A DNA stretch of 64,000 bases from Caldisphaera sp. (GCF_023256325.1 NZ_JAGDXI010000006.1:47091-111090); one strand, 5' to 3'. Shown: positions 30,976-40,687, counted from the stretch's first letter. The notes: generated from the sequence alone by a model not told the origin. Numbers and translations: made by a program.

Positions 30976-32448
30976 ATGGATCAATTAAGAGATTTAAGAA
31001 GTTATATAGAATGGCTTGAAGAAAGAAAAAGTCTTATTAGAATTAGAGAAGAGTTGTCTCCAATTTTAGAGATTCCAACTTTCTTAAGGAAGTTAATGTA
31101 CTCAAAAGGACCTTCAGTTATTTTTGAAAAAGTTAAAGGATTTGATAATTGGCGTATAGTTGGAAATCTTTTTCCTAATTTGGATACAATATCATCATTT
31201 TTGTCTGTAAATAATTTGGAAGAAGTAGGCTTTAGGATGATTCAACCTTTAATATTACCAATTCCATATAAGACGTTTGATAAAATAAAAACATTGGGAG
31301 ATCTAACAAAAATGTCTTCATATTTACCTAAGAAAACTAACAAAGCAGCTTTTACGGAAAATGTTATCGAAGGTAACGACAATCCACTAGATAAAATACC
31401 TTTCTTTAAAACTTGGCCTAAAGATGGGGGACGTTATATTACATTCGGTATGGTTATTACTCTGGAAAATGAGAAAACAGTTAATATGGGGGTATACAGG
31501 GTTATGATTTTGGATGGTAATAAAGGGATTATCCATTGGCAAATACATAAAAGAGGGGCTCATGTACATTTAAATGCTTTAGAGAATAAGAAGGATGAAA
31601 TACCAGTAGCTATTTCAATAGGTAGCGATCCTGGAACTATGCTTGCGTCAGTTTCTCCAGTTCCTTATCCTATTGATAAGGCACTTTTCGCAGGTATAAT
31701 TAGGAATAAAGGTATTGAGCTTTACGAACTTAATAATGGTGTTTTAGTTCCAGCAAATTCGGAAATAGTTATAGAGGGGAGAGTATTAGCTAATCAATTA
31801 TTAGAAGAGGGTCCTTTTGGAGACCATTGGGGTTATTACGATAAGCCTATTGAAAAATATCCATTATTAGTTGTTGATAGGGTATATTTAAGAGATGATC
31901 CAATATACTATGGTACTGTTGTTGGACTACCTCCCTTAGAAGATGCTGTTATCGGAAAAGCCATAGAAAAAATCTTTAAACCAATAATGCAAACAATAAT
32001 ACCAGAAATTGTTGATGTAAACTACCCTGTTGAAGGTGTCTTTCAAGGTATGATTATAGTTTCCATTAAGAAAAGATACCCTGGACAGGCTAAAAAAGTT
32101 ATGAATGCTTTATGGGGTATTGGGCAGTCATCTTTAACAAAAATTATAATAGTAGTAGATCATGATATAGATCCTAATGATATTGGTAAAGTAATTTGGG
32201 CTATCTCAAGTAATGTTAATCCTGAAAACGATGTTTTAATAATTAAAGGATCTCATAGTGATGCTTTGGATCCTTCAAATTTATTTCCATCATTTGGAAG
32301 CAAAATGGGCATAGATGCAACAAGAAAGCTACCTGAAGAAAGAGAAGGTAAAGTTTGGCCGGAGATTGTAAGTGAAGACGAAAAAGTTTATAGAAAAATT
32401 GAAGAGATATTTGGAAATTATTTAAAAAAGGATAAAAATTTATTTTAA
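30976..32448 (+). CDS. UbiD-family (prFMN-dependent) decarboxylase
   Basis: UbiD pattern (GGRYITFGMVI, HWQIHKRGA, EGPFGDHWGYY). I start it at Met 30976 (MDQLRDLRSYIEWLE) rather than the hydrophobic ORF-track extension from 30925. Confidence 0.8.
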   Translation: MDQLRDLRSYIEWLEERKSLIRIREELSPILEIPTFLRKLMYSKGPSVIFEKVKGFDNWRIVGNLFPNLDTISSFLSVNNLEEVGFRMIQPLILPIPYKTFDKIKTLGDLTKMSSYLPKKTNKAAFTENVIEGNDNPLDKIPFFKTWPKDGGRYITFGMVITLENEKTVNMGVYRVMILDGNKGIIHWQIHKRGAHVHLNALENKKDEIPVAISIGSDPGTMLASVSPVPYPIDKALFAGIIRNKGIELYELNNGVLVPANSEIVIEGRVLANQLLEEGPFGDHWGYYDKPIEKYPLLVVDRVYLRDDPIYYGTVVGLPPLEDAVIGKAIEKIFKPIMQTIIPEIVDVNYPVEGVFQGMIIVSIKKRYPGQAKKVMNALWGIGQSSLTKIIIVVDHDIDPNDIGKVIWAISSNVNPENDVLIIKGSHSDALDPSNLFPSFGSKMGIDATRKLPEEREGKVWPEIVSEDEKVYRKIEEIFGNYLKKDKNLF

Positions 32449-32493
32449 AATAAATCTGATATTTATTATATACAATTACAATAATGTATTTGC

Positions 32494-33645
32494 TTATTCA
32501 ATAATTTTACCACTTCCTATTATACTAAAAGCCTTGACGTTTTCTTTAGGTGCAATAATTGCACCCAATTTAACTTCTCCTAAGAATTCAGTAACGCCTT
32601 TTAATCTTTCTGGAAGCATTTCTGGCATTCCTTCTATTAAATGAGAGCATTGATCTACCTTAGCTTTTTCTCCTAAAACAGAAGATCTAACTTCTGATAG
32701 TGATGATACTATGGAATCCTTCATTATCAAAGAAGATGAAATAATGCTGTTTTCACCTACTATTACATTTTCTTCAATGCTAGTGTATGGCTTTATTATG
32801 CTTCCCGCTAATACTTGGCTTCTTCTGCCTATATAAGCTGGACCCATAATTATTGCACCATCTTCTACTATTGCGTAATCGTCTATTGTAACTCCATTTG
32901 ATATAATGGCTGATCTACTAACATTAGCATTTTTGCTTATTTTAATTCCTGATTCGCTTAATATAATTTTTAATGCATCTAAGAGATCCCATGGATATCC
33001 TACTTCTATCCATTTGTTATTCCATATTATACCTCCAACTACTCCTTCTTTTGACATTATCATCATGGACTGTTCAAATTGATCTTTTGCTATTATTTCT
33101 AATTGTTTAATATCTGAGACCATTATACCTGCAAAAACATACCCTCTATTTTTTAACCATCCTCTGTTTTGCTCGTTTGATTGCATGTAGCTTGTTATTT
33201 GTCCTCTATAATCTATGCTAACAAATCCATATGTTTCTAAACCAGTTGATACTGGAGCTACACCTATAACAATTGGATATCCTGATGTAGAATAATAATC
33301 TAATACTGCCTTTCCAATATTTGGGTTTGCTAGAAAACCTGAATATGCGATTAAAACTTGATCTTCATTTCTTTTCTTAGCTTCTTGAACAGCTGTAAAA
33401 ATCCCTCCTCTTATGTCTTCTCCTTTCTGTGTTACAATGTAAACTTCTTCATCTCTTGGTAAAGCCATGTTTTCATATCCAGGAGGCACTATGACAACTA
33501 TTCTCTTTATACCTGCATTTCTTAAAATTTCTACACTATAATCGAAAAGTTGCCTTCCTCCAATTTCTAAAAAAGATTTCGGCTTTTCTTTTGTTAAAGG
33601 TAAAAGCCTTTTACCATATCCTCCAGCTAATACTACTCCGAGCAT
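32494..33645 (-). CDS. Sugar-1-phosphate nucleotidylyltransferase with C-terminal left-handed beta-helix (GlmU/ST0452-like)
   Basis: N-terminal GVVLAGGYGKRLLPLT. C-terminal hexapeptide repeats (ISNGVTIDDYAIVEDGAIIMGPAYIG...). Start placed at ATG 33645, preceded by GGTGAT. The ORF track extends to 33663. Confidence 0.75.
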   Translation of the reverse strand: MLGVVLAGGYGKRLLPLTKEKPKSFLEIGGRQLFDYSVEILRNAGIKRIVVIVPPGYENMALPRDEEVYIVTQKGEDIRGGIFTAVQEAKKRNEDQVLIAYSGFLANPNIGKAVLDYYSTSGYPIVIGVAPVSTGLETYGFVSIDYRGQITSYMQSNEQNRGWLKNRGYVFAGIMVSDIKQLEIIAKDQFEQSMMIMSKEGVVGGIIWNNKWIEVGYPWDLLDALKIILSESGIKISKNANVSRSAIISNGVTIDDYAIVEDGAIIMGPAYIGRRSQVLAGSIIKPYTSIEENVIVGENSIISSSLIMKDSIVSSLSEVRSSVLGEKAKVDQCSHLIEGMPEMLPERLKGVTEFLGEVKLGAIIAPKENVKAFSIIGSGKIIE

Positions 33646-33655
33646 TTTAATCACC

Positions 33656-35509
33656 TCATTCAACAGTTACAGTTTTAGCCAAATTTCTTGGCTTATCTGG
33701 ATTATAACCTCTTTCTACTGCAAGCCTATATGAAAGTAATTGAAATAGAGGAGTTAAAATAAATGGTTCAAGTTCTATAATTGAGTTTGAAGGCGGCATA
33801 TCAGCGAAATATATGCTTTTTCTATCTTCCTTTAGTTCTAATTTTAAATCTGCAGGTTTAACAACAATTACTTTTGCGTTTCTAGCAGCCATTTCTATAG
33901 CATTTCCAGCAATTTCTGGAGCATCACTAGTTGACACTATATAAACTGGAAAGTCTTTTTCTACTAGAGCGATAGGACCATGTTTGCTTTCTCCAGCTGG
34001 ATATGATTCGGCGTGTAAATAAGTTATCTCTTTAATCTTTAGAGCACCTTCCATGGCTATTGCTGAGCCTAAACCTCTACCTAAGATATATGATGAATTC
34101 TTTTTATGTAAATTTAACAAAGCCGGTATTAACGTATCGCTTGCTTCAAGAGATGACTGAATAAGATTTGGAGCATATCTTAAATAATCTAATATTTTAT
34201 TTTTTTCATTTTTATCTAATTCCTTTCTTTCATGTGAAATAAAAGCTGATAGCATCTCTAGAAGCATTATTTGAGACAAAAACGTTTTTGTTGCAGCAAC
34301 CCCTATTTCTGGCCCTGCTCTTGTATATAAGGAAAAATCGGATTCTCTAACTATAGCGCTTCCTAAAACATTTGTTATTGCTATAACCTTTACTCCATTC
34401 TTTTTCGCATCTCTTATCGCTTGCAAAGTATCATAAGTTTCGCCACTTTGTGATACTGCTATTAGCAAATCGTCTTTTTGAAATGTTGAAGATACATAGC
34501 TCATTTCAGATGATATTATTGGATATGAGAAAAGCTTTGCCCTTTTAGCTAAAATTTTTGAGAATACCAATGAAGCATGATAACTAGTTCCAGCAGCTGT
34601 TAGGAAAATTCTATTAGATGAAGAAATAATTTCAGCTGCTTTGCTTAGGGCAGGATCTTCTATATTTCCCTCGAATGTCTCCCTTATAGCGTTAGGTTGT
34701 TCATATATTTCCTTTATCATAAAATGCTGATATCCACCTTTACTTGCTGCCTCAGGCGTTAGCTCTACAGTTTTAACTTTAAGCGTTATTTGCTCAAGGT
34801 TTAGTTTTTTGTACCCTCCTCCAGGTAATAATTTATATATTTCAAAATTTGTAGGACTTATATATCCAAATTCTCCATCTTCTAATAATATAACTGTTTT
34901 TGTCATGTCTAATAAAGCTGGTAAGTCGCTTGCTATGGCTTTTATGTTTTCGCCAACTCCTATTATCAATGGTGACCTCATTTTTGCAAAATATATTTTG
35001 TCAGGATCTTTCTTATATAATATTGCGAAGGAATAAGTACCATCTATTCTTGCTAACGCCTTCGCCAATGCTTCAATAAATGTTGCACTTTTTTTCTCCT
35101 CATCTTCTAATAAATGAGCAAACAATTCCGTATCAGTTTCACTTTTTATTTTATGTCCTTTACTTTCGAGTTCTAATTTCAAAGAGGCAAAGTTCCTTAT
35201 AACGCCATTGTGAACTACAGCTATGTCACCAGTACAATCCATATGGGGATGCGCATTAATATCATTGACCCCGCCATGAGTTGCCCATCTGGTATGAGCT
35301 ATACCAGTGCTACCCGATAGATCAGTAAAACTTAGCCTTTTCATTACTGTATCTAAATCTCCTGCTCCTTTCTTAAAGTTTATAGAATCTCCATTAATTA
35401 CTGCAATACCGACACTATCATATCCTCTATATTCAAGTCTTTGAAGGCCAACAATAAGTTTGTCGACAACATTGCATTTTTTATTAGTTATTCCAATAAT
35501 TCCGCACAA
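33656..35509 (-). CDS. glmS: Glutamine--fructose-6-phosphate aminotransferase
   Basis: 617 aa. MCGIIG N-terminal nucleophile, two SIS domains (SQSGET), C-terminal ...NLAKTVTVE. Confidence 0.9.
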   Translation of the reverse strand: MCGIIGITNKKCNVVDKLIVGLQRLEYRGYDSVGIAVINGDSINFKKGAGDLDTVMKRLSFTDLSGSTGIAHTRWATHGGVNDINAHPHMDCTGDIAVVHNGVIRNFASLKLELESKGHKIKSETDTELFAHLLEDEEKKSATFIEALAKALARIDGTYSFAILYKKDPDKIYFAKMRSPLIIGVGENIKAIASDLPALLDMTKTVILLEDGEFGYISPTNFEIYKLLPGGGYKKLNLEQITLKVKTVELTPEAASKGGYQHFMIKEIYEQPNAIRETFEGNIEDPALSKAAEIISSSNRIFLTAAGTSYHASLVFSKILAKRAKLFSYPIISSEMSYVSSTFQKDDLLIAVSQSGETYDTLQAIRDAKKNGVKVIAITNVLGSAIVRESDFSLYTRAGPEIGVAATKTFLSQIMLLEMLSAFISHERKELDKNEKNKILDYLRYAPNLIQSSLEASDTLIPALLNLHKKNSSYILGRGLGSAIAMEGALKIKEITYLHAESYPAGESKHGPIALVEKDFPVYIVSTSDAPEIAGNAIEMAARNAKVIVVKPADLKLELKEDRKSIYFADMPPSNSIIELEPFILTPLFQLLSYRLAVERGYNPDKPRNLAKTVTVE

Positions 35510-35607
35510 AATTTTCCCCTCAAAATCTATTATCTATTATATCTGATAAAGAATTTAAGTTTTCTTTCTAAAATAAGCATTTTAATTTTTTAATAAACTA
35601 TTTTTAT

Positions 35608-35659
35608 GGAATGAGGTTGCCACGGGTCTGATAGGTGATGATACCTGTCTCAACCGACC
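35608..35659 (+). ncRNA. Candidate C/D-box sRNA (52 nt)
   Basis: GG-AAU-GAGGU(C-like)-10 nt-CUGA(D')-UAG-GUGAUGA(C')-12 nt-CCGA(D-like)-CC. The terminal GG/CC stem and the C/D deviations are mutually compensatory (U.U replaced by G-C, A-U replaced by U-A). It is a locally GC-rich block in an AT-rich spacer. Confidence 0.4.
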
Positions 35660-35700
35660 AATTTATATTTTTTGAGCGTCACTATAGAACGGGGATTAAA

Positions 35701-36195
35701 ATGCCCAGAGAGTATTTGTTGAAAGATGGAAGTGAATTTAGTTTAACTTCTGATGATTTTAAAAATGGTGAAACTATACCAAAAAGGTTTACATGCGATG
35801 GGGATAACATAAGTCCAAGACTTAAATGGAATGGATTGAGCGAAGCGAAAAGTTATGCATTAATAGTTTATGATCCTGATGCTCCAATGAAGACATTTAT
35901 TCATTGGGTTTTATACGATATTCCTCCATCTTTAAATTCATTGTATGAGGCTATACAGAAAAATGTAGTTGTAGAAGGAGTCGGAAAACAAGGTAAAAAT
36001 GATTTTGGTGAGATTGGCTACGATGGCCCATGTCCTCCAAGAGGTCATGGTGTTCATAGATATTATTTTGCAATGCATGCTCTAAATGTTGATCAACTAA
36101 ATATTAAGGGAGAAGTGAACGCCGACAAACTTATTAATTTAATCAGAGGAAAAGTGATCGGTTACGGACTATTAATGGGTAAATATCAAAGATAA
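35701..36195 (+). CDS. PEBP/YbhB-family (Raf kinase inhibitor-like) protein
   Basis: Motifs YDPDAP, IHWVLYDIP, GYDGPCPPRGHGVHRYYF. Start placed at ATG 35701, about 30 nt downstream of the TATA-like TTTATATTTTTT. The ORF-track GTG at 35635 is rejected. Confidence 0.85.
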   Translation: MPREYLLKDGSEFSLTSDDFKNGETIPKRFTCDGDNISPRLKWNGLSEAKSYALIVYDPDAPMKTFIHWVLYDIPPSLNSLYEAIQKNVVVEGVGKQGKNDFGEIGYDGPCPPRGHGVHRYYFAMHALNVDQLNIKGEVNADKLINLIRGKVIGYGLLMGKYQR

Positions 36196-37830
36196 TTAGA
36201 TTTGAGGAGTAGATGTAACTGGAAATAGATGAAACATATACATAGTTATAGCGTCTACACCAACTAATGTTAAACCAGTTAGAATAAACATTATAGCTAA
36301 AAATAGATAAAATGATCTTACACTTCCTACCTTTGTTATTGCTAATATATACGAATTAATTACTGCAAGTATTACGGAAAAAGCGATAGTACCTAAGTTA
36401 AGAAAAACAACCATGCCAGGCTGAGGAGAGATAAATCCAGGGAAAGTTGAAGAAAGACCGGAGCTTAAAGGAACTAAGAGGCTATTAAAATAATATGTTA
36501 TTAATGACATAAATTCTAATATAGCTATGATACTTGCGTGCATTATTATTAAAGCCGAAAAGAAATTCCCAAAAACTTGTAATTTTTTTTGCCTTAAAGA
36601 GAGTATCATATTATCAAAATCTGATAATACAACACCTACATTTAACAAATCTCCGCCATATTTATCTGTATCAGAAAATATCTTTAGAGATCTATATATA
36701 GTTTCACTGTTTGTATCTAAACCGAACTTTTGCATTGCAATGTCATTTTCAACGCCAAGAAACAGAGCAGAATTTAATTTTTTTAATAAATTCTTTAATT
36801 TTCCCAGTTCAACCTTTGCTAAATCTTTGATTGCTTGTTTCAAATTTGGTACTTGTGAAAGGTATGTGCCTAAACTTCTAATCATTACTGGGAAAAATGT
36901 ATCATAATCATTAATTACGTTTTCCATATTATTTATTATATATCCTGCAGGTATTAACAATAAGCCTATTATAAGCATTGAAAAACCTAAAGTTACATAA
37001 TTTATTGCATCGTTTATAATATAATATGATAGAATCATTCCAATAATAATAGCGACTATTGCTAGTATATCAGCAAATTGTGCTACAGGATTTCTTGATG
37101 CTTTTGCTTCAAAGTAATCTTTAGGCGCTTTTAAAATAACCAATGAACCCAATATAATAATAATAAACATTGCAGATATGTAACCCATTAGGATCATTTT
37201 AAGACTTCCTCCGCCAAAGAAAAATGATAACATGAGCAATGTAGATATTGCAAAAATTACAGAAACCATCGTTGATGTATATACGCCGTATAGGACATTT
37301 AAAGAATCTAATGATCTATTATAAATATTCTCAAAATTAAACTTCAATGTGTCGAATTCTACTTTTAAGAAAGTTACGAGCTCTTCTCCAACAGAGGATA
37401 CAACTGCAAACCTTTCTAAAAACTCTTTAAATGCCTTATTTTTCTCTCTTAAAGCAATCAAGCTAACAGCTTCTGGTACCGTATAACCCCATTTTTTGGA
37501 AAGTTCTCCAGCTCTTTTTAATACCTTTGAATACCTTCCATGAGGACCTTCTCCAGCAATTTTTAAAACAACTCCTGGAGGTTGAGAACCTGTTGAAATC
37601 GAATACATATGCATAATAGAATATAATAAATCATAATCTATTTTCACATAGCTTCTATTTTTTAAATAAAGTAATAAATAAAATAATATTCCGGAAATTA
37701 CTATTCCGAGTCCAATATAAAGAAAAGGTCTATCTATTATTAAAATAATTAAACCTAGAGCAATTAAACCCAAAGTTATAAAAGTCGTTAATTTTAACTT
37801 TGTTTTGATAAAATGCATTAAATTACTCAT
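36196..37830 (-). CDS. arlJ: Archaellum polytopic membrane platform protein ArlJ (FlaJ)
   Basis: 544 aa, 8-9 TM helices with two cytoplasmic T2SF-like domains. Last gene of the arl operon, overlapping arlI by 8 nt. Confidence 0.85.
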   Translation of the reverse strand: MSNLMHFIKTKLKLTTFITLGLIALGLIILIIDRPFLYIGLGIVISGILFYLLLYLKNRSYVKIDYDLLYSIMHMYSISTGSQPPGVVLKIAGEGPHGRYSKVLKRAGELSKKWGYTVPEAVSLIALREKNKAFKEFLERFAVVSSVGEELVTFLKVEFDTLKFNFENIYNRSLDSLNVLYGVYTSTMVSVIFAISTLLMLSFFFGGGSLKMILMGYISAMFIIIILGSLVILKAPKDYFEAKASRNPVAQFADILAIVAIIIGMILSYYIINDAINYVTLGFSMLIIGLLLIPAGYIINNMENVINDYDTFFPVMIRSLGTYLSQVPNLKQAIKDLAKVELGKLKNLLKKLNSALFLGVENDIAMQKFGLDTNSETIYRSLKIFSDTDKYGGDLLNVGVVLSDFDNMILSLRQKKLQVFGNFFSALIIMHASIIAILEFMSLITYYFNSLLVPLSSGLSSTFPGFISPQPGMVVFLNLGTIAFSVILAVINSYILAITKVGSVRSFYLFLAIMFILTGLTLVGVDAITMYMFHLFPVTSTPQI

Positions 37831-40687
37831 TTAGATTTAGCCTCCCAGAAACTAATTCTTTTAATGCATTTTCTATTCCTATAGATTCCGCAATAGTGAT
37901 TGCCTTGAAAACTTTATAATAATCAAACACTTTTTTATTTACTAGTTCTCTTAAATATTTTGCTCTTAAGTCAAGTTCGTCATAAATAAGTCCGTAATTC
38001 TTTCTACTCAACCCTCTCATTCTGGCTATTTTTTCTTCAAGCAAATAAGAAGATCCCTTACCTGAGAAAAGAAACTTGTCAGTACTTGGATCCCAGTTAA
38101 ATATTGGTATAGCGCTTACTTGGTCTGTATTTGGGTCGTAACCTACTAGCTCATATAAAGATGTTTGTCTTCTTACCAACAAACCTGTCTTTGAATATGT
38201 TGATGCTTGAAACCATGCAAAATTTAAATTATCCATATATGGTTTGGGTATATTTATAGGATTTCCAGTGAGTCTTTGGATTAACCTTGTTAAGTCTCCA
38301 GCATGAAATGTGGCCATAACAGGATGACCTGTGTCTTCTAATGGTATTGGATAGCCATTATTAAATCCTATATAATATTTTGCTCCTTCTAACATTAAAT
38401 CATACGTATAATCTTCAATACTATAATCAGCTTTTATTATTTTTACGAATTCTTTATTGTCTTCATAAATAATTCTGTATTTCGATTTAACTAAATCTAA
38501 CGAAAACATATACCCTGAATACCAAAGTTTACTTATGTAAATATTTAATTTATCTTCATTAATTTTTATAAATTTAATTGATACATCGCTATAAGAGTTA
38601 ATTCTATAATTGGTAAGATCTTGATAAGAAATTTTATTTTTAAAAGTTTTAAGTAATTTATTTGCTATTTTTTTCCTTTGATAGAATTTTGGTTCTTTAT
38701 AAAATAATTCTTTTAACATATTGATTGCATATAAGATCTCCTCATCTTCTTTGAAGTTTATTATAATGGGATTTTTAATCGATGAGAATGCAGTAGAAGA
38801 TATAAAGCCTGAAATAATTAATTTTGTTACATTAAAATCAATATTAGGTATTTTGATTTTAATCTTTTTTCCATCAAATTCAATGAAGTTATTTTTTAGA
38901 AGCCAATCAACAAAAAACAATTCTAACTCATAATAGTAATATTTTCTACCTGACTTCCTCATTGGAATTATTGGTAGGTTATCAATCGTCATAAATTCTT
39001 CTAATTTATTAGTAGTTTTGAGTATGAACTTCCCCTTTCTATAACTAACATAGCTTCCTAAAATTACCCCAATTAAATACCAAAATAATGGATTTGATAT
39101 GTTTAATTTACCTTCTTTAAATTTTATGTATTTCTTTGTCGTTTCAAAGTTTTTAATTCTTTTCACATATACCTCTTTATTATTTTTTAATAAATTTACT
39201 ATTTGATTGGCCTCAATTTCACCATAGTTCGTTATAAATTTATGATTTTTTGTCACATCAAAAACGTTACCATCTTCAAGTTCAATCCTTATTAATTTTT
39301 CTTTTGGCATCATAGATATAGCAACAAGCTTAGCTTTAACTATTTTCCCATTATTATATGAAGGGATTTTGATTTCTTCATTTTTAATATAAACTATCTC
39401 TTTATTATCTATTATTTCGCTGCCAAATCTGCTTTTATAAAAATTAAATAAATCTTTGATATTTTTTATCTCATTTTCTAGTATTATTTTACCCTCTTTT
39501 ATACATTGCATGGCCTGAAATGCTATGGCTCCTTCTGCACCCCTTATTTCTCCGACTATTATATAATCTGGTCTTTGCCTTAATGCTGCTCTTAGCAAAT
39601 CAAATAAAGTTACACTTGTTTCTGGCTTTCCAGTATCCCTTGCAAGCTCTCTAGTCCAATTCGAATGAGGTAATTGTATTTCGGCCGTATCTTCTATTGT
39701 TACAATTTTATTTGTAGGTTTAATAAATGCGGCAATGGCATTCAAAGCAGTTGTTTTACCTGATGCAGTTTCTCCACATATAAAACCGCTCATCCCTTCT
39801 CTTAAAAGCATCCAAGTATATGCTCCAACCCTTTCATCTATAGTGTTCCAATCTATTAGTTGAGTAACACTTATTGGTATTTGAGAAAATTTTCTTATAG
39901 TAAAATTAGTTCCATTTAAGCTAACGTCTGATCCAAAAACAATATTTAATCTGCTACCATCAGGCAAGCTAGCATCAACTATTGGTCTAGCCCTGGTTAT
40001 AGGCTTACCAATTTTTTCTCCTAATCTTAAAACAAAAGAATCCAATTCATCTTGGGATTTAAAACCCAAATTGCTGGCTAATCTATTAAAAATTTTATGA
40101 ACAACATATATTGGACCAACACCACTGCATGATATATCTTCCAAAAAAGGATCTCTTAAAAACGGTTCTAGAACCCCAACTCCAATCTTATCCCTTATTA
40201 TGTGATACTTTAAATAATTTATCGTTTCTTTTTTCACGGGAATTTTTTCAATATAGAAAGAATTCATCATGGTTTTATAATCTATTTCTTTGTTAGTCGG
40301 TTCTAATATTTCATCAATAAGTTTAAGCAACATTTTTTTCCTTTCTTGAGCGTTCTCAGGCGCTTCTTCATGAATTTTATTTGCAAGAGCTATGTCTACA
40401 AGTCTTAAAATTTCATTTTTTGGCTTAGGAGGTTCAATAACAATATATTTACCCATATCGCTTCCTTTTACAGATGAAACGTGTATAAATACCCCTCCTC
40501 CAACAGGATAAATAAAATTAAATTCTCTTAGTTTTCTCATACTAGAATCTGGTTTGCTTATATATTGAGGAGGATTTTCAACGCTTTTCATATAATTATC
40601 TAAATAATCAGGTTTCTCTCCGAAGTCCGGTTCTTTAGCTTCTATTTCGCTTTTTTTCCTTTTAAATATGTTCAATTTGATTGCCAT
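37823..40687 (-). CDS. arlI: Archaellum motor ATPase ArlI (FlaI), interrupted by an intein
   Basis: 954 aa. Walker A GETASGKTT, Walker B DYIIVGEIRG, His-box TGHPVMATFHAG. The exteins (394+169 aa) form a normal-length secretion-superfamily ATPase. Confidence 0.9.
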   Translation of the reverse strand: MAIKLNIFKRKKSEIEAKEPDFGEKPDYLDNYMKSVENPPQYISKPDSSMRKLREFNFIYPVGGGVFIHVSSVKGSDMGKYIVIEPPKPKNEILRLVDIALANKIHEEAPENAQERKKMLLKLIDEILEPTNKEIDYKTMMNSFYIEKIPVKKETINYLKYHIIRDKIGVGVLEPFLRDPFLEDISCSGVGPIYVVHKIFNRLASNLGFKSQDELDSFVLRLGEKIGKPITRARPIVDASLPDGSRLNIVFGSDVSLNGTNFTIRKFSQIPISVTQLIDWNTIDERVGAYTWMLLREGMSGFICGETASGKTTALNAIAAFIKPTNKIVTIEDTAEIQLPHSNWTRELARDTGKPETSVTLFDLLRAALRQRPDYIIVGEIRGAEGAIAFQAMQCIKEGKIILENEIKNIKDLFNFYKSRFGSEIIDNKEIVYIKNEEIKIPSYNNGKIVKAKLVAISMMPKEKLIRIELEDGNVFDVTKNHKFITNYGEIEANQIVNLLKNNKEVYVKRIKNFETTKKYIKFKEGKLNISNPLFWYLIGVILGSYVSYRKGKFILKTTNKLEEFMTIDNLPIIPMRKSGRKYYYYELELFFVDWLLKNNFIEFDGKKIKIKIPNIDFNVTKLIISGFISSTAFSSIKNPIIINFKEDEEILYAINMLKELFYKEPKFYQRKKIANKLLKTFKNKISYQDLTNYRINSYSDVSIKFIKINEDKLNIYISKLWYSGYMFSLDLVKSKYRIIYEDNKEFVKIIKADYSIEDYTYDLMLEGAKYYIGFNNGYPIPLEDTGHPVMATFHAGDLTRLIQRLTGNPINIPKPYMDNLNFAWFQASTYSKTGLLVRRQTSLYELVGYDPNTDQVSAIPIFNWDPSTDKFLFSGKGSSYLLEEKIARMRGLSRKNYGLIYDELDLRAKYLRELVNKKVFDYYKVFKAITIAESIGIENALKELVSGRLNLNE
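38333..39505 (-). mobile_element. Intein (391 aa) with a degenerate LAGLIDADG homing-endonuclease domain inside arlI
   Basis: Residues 395-785. Cys1 CIKEGKIIL, TxxH block DVTKNHKF, LAGLIDADG-like LFWYLIGVILGSYVSY and KLIISGFISSTAF (acidic residues lost), block F YTYDLMLEGAKYYIGF. It ends PIPLED, followed by +1 Thr of TGH. Confidence 0.75.

Noticed and set aside
35635-35700. GTG-initiated extension of the PEBP ORF (MMIPVSTDQFIFFERHYRTGIK).
   Set aside because: PEBP/YbhB proteins start near MPREYLL.... A strong TATA-like box lies inside the extension, and the same DNA is better explained by the C/D-box sRNA candidate.
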